Virus record (IMG/VR): IMGVR_UViG_3300042505_000942
Location: 1-50,124 of that record
Direction: 5' to 3' (one strand)
Length of the DNA stretch: 50,124 nt
Source: a virus
Taxonomy: Duplodnaviria > Caudoviricetes
The position numbers and the translations under genes are program-made. Below the pieces are notes generated by a model. That model worked only from the letters and a program-made list of their open reading frames with translations, was not told the origin of the DNA and ran no database searches. Of the stretch, positions 45,603 to 50,124 are shown in pieces. The number at the start of each line of letters is the position of its first letter. The stretch's first letter is position 1.

Positions 45603-46337
45603 TTAAGCACCAATCGTGTATGCACCTTTGATTTCGGATTGCACAGCGATTGTTAACTTAGCCGTCATAGCGTCAGTCAAACTTGGAGTTACTTCCAAGG
45701 CTTCTAATTTACCTAAGAAGTAATAACTTGAATTTTTCTTGTTCAAACTAGTGCTAATAGCGTCAAAGCCAGTAGGTGCCTCGTTTGCCAAAGTGAACCG
45801 GAATAAATATACTTTACCATCGGCGACCTTGACAGGGGATTTGTAAGTACCTGTGGTTGTCTCCACACATAAACAATTTTCAGCCCACAACGATGGAATA
45901 TAGTTTAGTGTGATTTCCATAGTGGGCGAATCAGCTTGCCCTTGGATTTGCATAGAATTCTTTTTACCATATACAGGAACTTTGACGATATTCGCCGGCG
46001 TTCCGATAGCTGGAAACTCTTTAATATGTGCGAGACGTACATACTTTTCAGAATGTTCATTTGTCAATGTAGTGACATCAGTCCCGGTCACTAATTCTCC
46101 TGAAAATAGATTGCCGTCTCCTGAACCTCCAACAGCAAAGAAGCCTGTACCATATTTAGCTGTAGCTACGGATAAATTGGTAGTATTAGCCACGGCGCTT
46201 GGAATTGCATTTAAAATATCATCTAATGCATTAATAGTTAGGGCTTTACCTGGGTCGTCAGAAGGTAATTGTGTACTTGTCATAGAGATAGACAAGTCTG
46301 CAAACATTGCTGCTGATAAATTTGAAAGATGTGACAT
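45603..46337 (-). CDS. Major tail tube protein, paralog 2
   Basis: KEFPAIGTPANIVKVPVYG...QIQGQADSPTMEITLNY...LEVTPSLTDAMTAKLTIAVQS. Confidence 0.85.
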   Translation of the reverse strand: MSHLSNLSAAMFADLSISMTSTQLPSDDPGKALTINALDDILNAIPSAVANTTNLSVATAKYGTGFFAVGGSGDGNLFSGELVTGTDVTTLTNEHSEKYVRLAHIKEFPAIGTPANIVKVPVYGKKNSMQIQGQADSPTMEITLNYIPSLWAENCLCVETTTGTYKSPVKVADGKVYLFRFTLANEAPTGFDAISTSLNKKNSSYYFLGKLEALEVTPSLTDAMTAKLTIAVQSEIKGAYTIGA

Positions 46338-46346
46338 TGTAACTCC

Positions 46347-46949
46347 TTATGCGATATACGCGCCTTTGATTTCAGATTGTACAGCGATTGTTAACTTAGC
46401 TGTCAAAGCGTCAGTCAAACTTGGAGTTACCTCCAAAGCTTCAATCTTGCCTAGAAAATAATAACTACTATTCTGTACAGGCAATGGAGATGATTGCGAA
46501 CTAGGCTGCTCAGACATTAGAGAGAATCTAAACAAATGCACTGTTCTGTCTTTTACGCCGATGTAAGAGGAAGTGCCTAACTTGCCCCCTGCCCAAGATT
46601 TTGGAACATAGTTAATAGTAATCTCCATGGTAGGCGAATCGGCTTGTCCTTGAATTTGCATCGAAGTGTCAGAGCCATACTCAGGAACTTTGACGATATT
46701 AGCCGGCGTTCCGATAGCTGGAAACTCTTTTACGTAACCTACTTCATAAAAAGCCGTTGGAGTGTTTGCGGTTCCAATGAAATATTTTGCCACACCTACA
46801 GCATCATCGATAGACAAGGTCTGATCTACCGTGCCTGCTTTGAAGCTAGGTAATGAAAAATCGCCAGCAACATCGGCTACACATAAAGAAGTGTAAACAG
46901 CTGCGCTGATCGAGGTGATATGGTCTTTAAACCCTATAAGAGCAGTCAT
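46347..46949 (-). CDS. Major tail tube protein, paralog 1
   Basis: Same core blocks as paralog 2; start MTALIG at 46949 after AGGA. Confidence 0.85.
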   Translation of the reverse strand: MTALIGFKDHITSISAAVYTSLCVADVAGDFSLPSFKAGTVDQTLSIDDAVGVAKYFIGTANTPTAFYEVGYVKEFPAIGTPANIVKVPEYGSDTSMQIQGQADSPTMEITINYVPKSWAGGKLGTSSYIGVKDRTVHLFRFSLMSEQPSSQSSPLPVQNSSYYFLGKIEALEVTPSLTDALTAKLTIAVQSEIKGAYIA

Positions 46950-46959
46950 TTTTAATATC

Positions 46960-47370
46960 CTATAAATTGCTTCCGAAGAAGTTGAAAGTGAGAGTGTAAG
47001 TACTTTTGTGAAGTAAAGGGACATCCTTATCAACCCCGTTATGCACCATCGTACTAATCCCAAATTGAGACTGATTTCCCGATACTGTACTAACGGACTT
47101 GTTCACTAGGTACTCATCAAGTTTATCTGCAATTTCATTGGCGCGTCTTACGCCAACACCAGCAGGTATAAATATTTCAACCATGAATATCCCAGAGATA
47201 CTGACTCGATTAATTCCTTTACCGGAACCAATGATAGTAACTCTGATAAACTCATCGCCACTGCCAGAGGCAATGTAATTATTCGGAAATGTTTTTATAT
47301 TTTCGGCAACCCAATCCGGATTGGCAAATATTGAGAAGACATCATCTTCGGCGTTTGTATATTTTCCCAT
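46960..47370 (-). CDS. Tail terminator protein
   Basis: Synteny; FIRVTI...GIFMVEIFIPAGVG...ANEIADKL. Confidence 0.75.
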   Translation of the reverse strand: MGKYTNAEDDVFSIFANPDWVAENIKTFPNNYIASGSGDEFIRVTIIGSGKGINRVSISGIFMVEIFIPAGVGVRRANEIADKLDEYLVNKSVSTVSGNQSQFGISTMVHNGVDKDVPLLHKSTYTLTFNFFGSNL

Positions 47371-47708
47371 TACAATGTCCTTGAGAGTTCCAATAGAGTA
47401 GTGTATTGGTTACTAACAATTGTTCTTACAATGGTCCAAGACACTCCCTCGATGATCACTTTGGTATAAGTGTTGTCCACGACCTTCGACTCAACAATCA
47501 CTTGAAGAGTCTCCGTCTTGTCAGTTCTTTTGATCTTACCTACAACAACCTTTGCCTCTGTATCTATCAATAAAGATACAGAAGGTCTTCCAGTATTAAA
47601 GTCAAAAGACTCTATCTCTGGCTTACTAAAGGTTGCTATAACGGCTAAATCTTTCAGCATTCTAAATGCCTTTGTTATGGAGGACGTCACTAATTGTTTA
47701 TAAGCCAT
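47370..47708 (-). CDS. Head closure/stopper protein
   Basis: Synteny; FDFNTG, VIIEGVSWTIV. Confidence 0.65.
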   Translation of the reverse strand: MAYKQLVTSSITKAFRMLKDLAVIATFSKPEIESFDFNTGRPSVSLLIDTEAKVVVGKIKRTDKTETLQVIVESKVVDNTYTKVIIEGVSWTIVRTIVSNQYTTLLELSRTL

Positions 47709-48184
47709 TAGTTAGCTCTCCACCAATTATTGCTACCACCATTTTTTAATAAACATCTGATGTGCTTCTTGACATGCAAAGGTATTTTACTCGGCGCACG
47801 AATCTTGTCCAATTTAACGTCGCCGATGGCAAAGTCGATGACACTTCCGGTATTATCCATCAGACCATCATTATTCAACAAGTGATACGCTAAGTCAAAA
47901 CACCCGACGATAACTCTCCGAGGAGTTGTACCGTCCAATACGACATTAGTTCCCAATCTGGGGTCGAAATAGCATCCGACTCTAGGATGGGCCAATGTCT
48001 GTGTTACATCAAGAATTCTTCCAATCCAAGGCAAGTCTTCGAAGATAGCTGTGGCGGTCATTAACGCCTGCTCTTTTTGGAGTACGACTGCGGACATCCA
48101 AGCGTCAACATCCAGCTTATCTCCGAAGTATTCATCGGCCTCGGTTACATCAGAATAAGAATTTACTCCTTTCACTAAGGCCAT
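47708..48184 (-). CDS. Head-tail adaptor (DnaT-like family)
   Basis: NSYSDVTEADEYF...W...KEQALMTAT...WIG...QTLAHPR; directly after capsid. Confidence 0.8.
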   Translation of the reverse strand: MALVKGVNSYSDVTEADEYFGDKLDVDAWMSAVVLQKEQALMTATAIFEDLPWIGRILDVTQTLAHPRVGCYFDPRLGTNVVLDGTTPRRVIVGCFDLAYHLLNNDGLMDNTGSVIDFAIGDVKLDKIRAPSKIPLHVKKHIRCLLKNGGSNNWWRAN

Positions 48185-48193
48185 TGTCAGACC

Positions 48194-49396
48194 TTAAGAA
48201 TGGAATACAGGTAAGATACCTAATGACAACGCAGAGGTTGTCTTACGGGTCCAAGTACCACGCACGTTTGCAATAGTGGTCGCAGCTGTAATGCTACTGA
48301 AAGCTGCACCTTCAACAACGCCCATATAGTTAGCATCTGAAGGGAATTCAGTAGTTTTGCCGCGCCAGTCGTAACCAGCAGGTGCCAATACATAACCCCA
48401 ACGATTCCATACACTTGTGACACCGCCACCTTTGTATTTGTTACCATCGCGAGTGATTTCAACGCTATCAGGAACTACTAAAGATTCCATAGCGATAGAG
48501 CCAGGCAATACGATATAAGAGGTTTTTGTACCTAAGATATCTACACCAGCACCTGTGTTGATTTTAGTCAATTCAGCAGAAGCAAAGCTTTGAGCTGCAC
48601 GAGTGGTGATCAAGCGGAATTTACCATTGAAAATTGTTTGGAAGTTAACATTACCTTCAGTAACGCGATCTTCGTCAACAAAATTTGCAGAACGGAATGA
48701 GGCCAAAGTTTCAGGCGATACAACTAAGTATGCCCAATCTGGTTCATAGTCTTTAAATGCCATACCGAAAGCATTCAAGAAGCCTTCCGCACGAGCAGCA
48801 CCTTGAGTAGCCGCAGTTGCCGCGATTACAGGTTTATTTGCACCTAAGTCAACATAAAAACCATAACGTTTGTCTGTTGGATCATTGTCAAATGTTTGAC
48901 CGCCCAAGCCTGTTTGGCCTGAACCTGTGGCAGCACCATTTAATGCTTCAGATAAACCAACACCTTTCAATACACTTAAGATAGCATTGTGTTCGTCTTG
49001 AGCACGGGTTTCACCGAAGTCACGACCAATTTTTGCCAGCCCATCAATACCTGTAACTACGTCTTGCATGTTTACTTTTTCAGCGCCATGTGTACGTACA
49101 GTTTTGATATATGTTGAGAAGTCTGTGTCATAGCTTGTTTTCTGACCGTCTGCCGAATCTGTTAAAGAAGCAACGTTGATGGTTGGATTTAAAGGTTTTG
49201 CCCAGCGCATTTGACCGATAAAGGTTTCAGTATCTGTAGTAATCTGTGGATTAGAACTTGTGATACCTGTGCCTGAAAGTTTTTTAGCTGTTGTATAAGC
49301 TTCGTCACTGTAAGCGCCGATTGCTTCTTGTAATACATAAGTATTGTTTAAACCTGACTGGATACCAGTAGGTAATGTAAAAGTTGTAGCTGCCAT
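48194..49396 (-). CDS. Major capsid protein
   Basis: 400 aa between scaffold and adaptor; strongly biased codons; R...KGGG....W.RWGYVL.P.GYDW C-terminal pattern. Confidence 0.85.
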   Translation of the reverse strand: MAATTFTLPTGIQSGLNNTYVLQEAIGAYSDEAYTTAKKLSGTGITSSNPQITTDTETFIGQMRWAKPLNPTINVASLTDSADGQKTSYDTDFSTYIKTVRTHGAEKVNMQDVVTGIDGLAKIGRDFGETRAQDEHNAILSVLKGVGLSEALNGAATGSGQTGLGGQTFDNDPTDKRYGFYVDLGANKPVIAATAATQGAARAEGFLNAFGMAFKDYEPDWAYLVVSPETLASFRSANFVDEDRVTEGNVNFQTIFNGKFRLITTRAAQSFASAELTKINTGAGVDILGTKTSYIVLPGSIAMESLVVPDSVEITRDGNKYKGGGVTSVWNRWGYVLAPAGYDWRGKTTEFPSDANYMGVVEGAAFSSITAATTIANVRGTWTRKTTSALSLGILPVFHS

Positions 49397-49412
49397 TTGT
49401 TGATACCATTAG

Positions 49413-50072
49413 TTATTTGCGACGAAGTTTCCCTTCGGCCGCTCTTTTAAGTACCTCTTCCTGACTCATGGAGAACAATGAAGCATTGCTCGGAGGCTCG
49501 GAAGTGGGTGCGGTTGTCGTAGTACCAGCTCCAGAGTTAACCTTTGGCTTTAATAAAAATACATTAGCATCATCGTTAAAGAAATCTTTAATGTGATCCG
49601 AAATGGATTTTCCTGTTTTATGTACCCACTGGTCTTGTTCGTTTTGGACGAGGTTGCCAACAATTTCCTTAAAGGCCATTGATGTTGCGGTCTCACTTCT
49701 AAATACATAACCTGAGAGATAGGTCTTAACCTCTGAATCTCTTGAAAGCTCAGTTACGCGTTTAGCCAAAGCTTCACTTTTAGCTTTTTCCTGCGCCAGT
49801 TGTAGTTCGTAGACTTCCTTATGTCTACCTTCTTCTTGCAGCTTAATGATATTAGCTTCACGTTCGGCTAATTCTTTGTCCGCAAGTACTTTTAAAGCCT
49901 GATCCCGTTCACCGTAAGCTTTATCCAACTTGTCTTTAATGTCTTTAAGTTTATCGTCGATTGCTTTCTGCATGATCTCTTCTGGAATTTCCGTGGGAAC
50001 TTCTTTCGGAGTTTCTTCAGGTGGTTTTGGGGTTTCTTTTGGTTTTGATTCTGGGTCTAATTCTTCTGACAT
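49413..50072 (-). CDS. Capsid scaffolding protein
   Basis: Pro/Glu-rich N-terminus, coiled coil, LLKPKVNSGAG, C-terminal basic helix; directly upstream of capsid. Confidence 0.82.
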   Translation of the reverse strand: MSEELDPESKPKETPKPPEETPKEVPTEIPEEIMQKAIDDKLKDIKDKLDKAYGERDQALKVLADKELAEREANIIKLQEEGRHKEVYELQLAQEKAKSEALAKRVTELSRDSEVKTYLSGYVFRSETATSMAFKEIVGNLVQNEQDQWVHKTGKSISDHIKDFFNDDANVFLLKPKVNSGAGTTTTAPTSEPPSNASLFSMSQEEVLKRAAEGKLRRK

Positions 50073-50087
50073 TTTAATTTTTCCTTA

Positions 50088-50123
50088 AAGGCACAGCCTT
50101 ATTTATGTTTGTGAGCACAGCTC
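50088..50123 (-). promoter_or_regulatory. Twin GC-UGU-GC hairpins in scaffold leader (putative translational operator)
   Basis: GAGC-UGU-GCUC and AAGGC-UGU-GCCUU, the second abutting the AAGGA SD. Confidence 0.4.
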
Positions 50124-50124
50124 G

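Noticed and set aside
45603-46949. Diversity-generating retroelement TR/VR pair
   Set aside because: Both copies are full coding genes, mismatches are not adenine-specific, and no reverse transcriptase is in the window

Overview
A 50-kb slice of a tailed dsDNA phage genome, with essentially all genes on the minus strand. Read in transcription order (right to left), it starts with a siphovirus morphogenesis module. That module has scaffold, major capsid, neck/terminator proteins, two paralogous tail-tube genes, a tail chaperone with a -1 frameshift, a 3766-aa tape measure with an SLT domain, Dit/hub proteins, a ~2940-aa tip protein, and a collagen/S74 fibre plus FN3 adhesin. It is followed by a GNAT and a class-3 lipase, then a GC-rich triple-repeat island (candidate terminus/packaging site or origin). 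Next comes an early region of small ORFs unusually rich in structured RNA: two type III hammerhead ribozymes, a recurring H-type pseudoknot, a tRNA-like CCA minihelix, terminators and two candidate phage-RNAP promoters. The T7-like single-subunit RNA polymerase that follows sits behind a terminator plus a 42-nt homopolymer and is split in motif B by a group IA intron encoding an HNH endonuclease. The window ends with a T7-like replication module: SSB, DUF3310-like protein, PolA with non-canonical steric-gate residues, HNH-AP2, MazG-like protein, 5'-3' exonuclease and a GIY-YIG. All calls come from reading motifs and base-pairing by eye; no database search was run.
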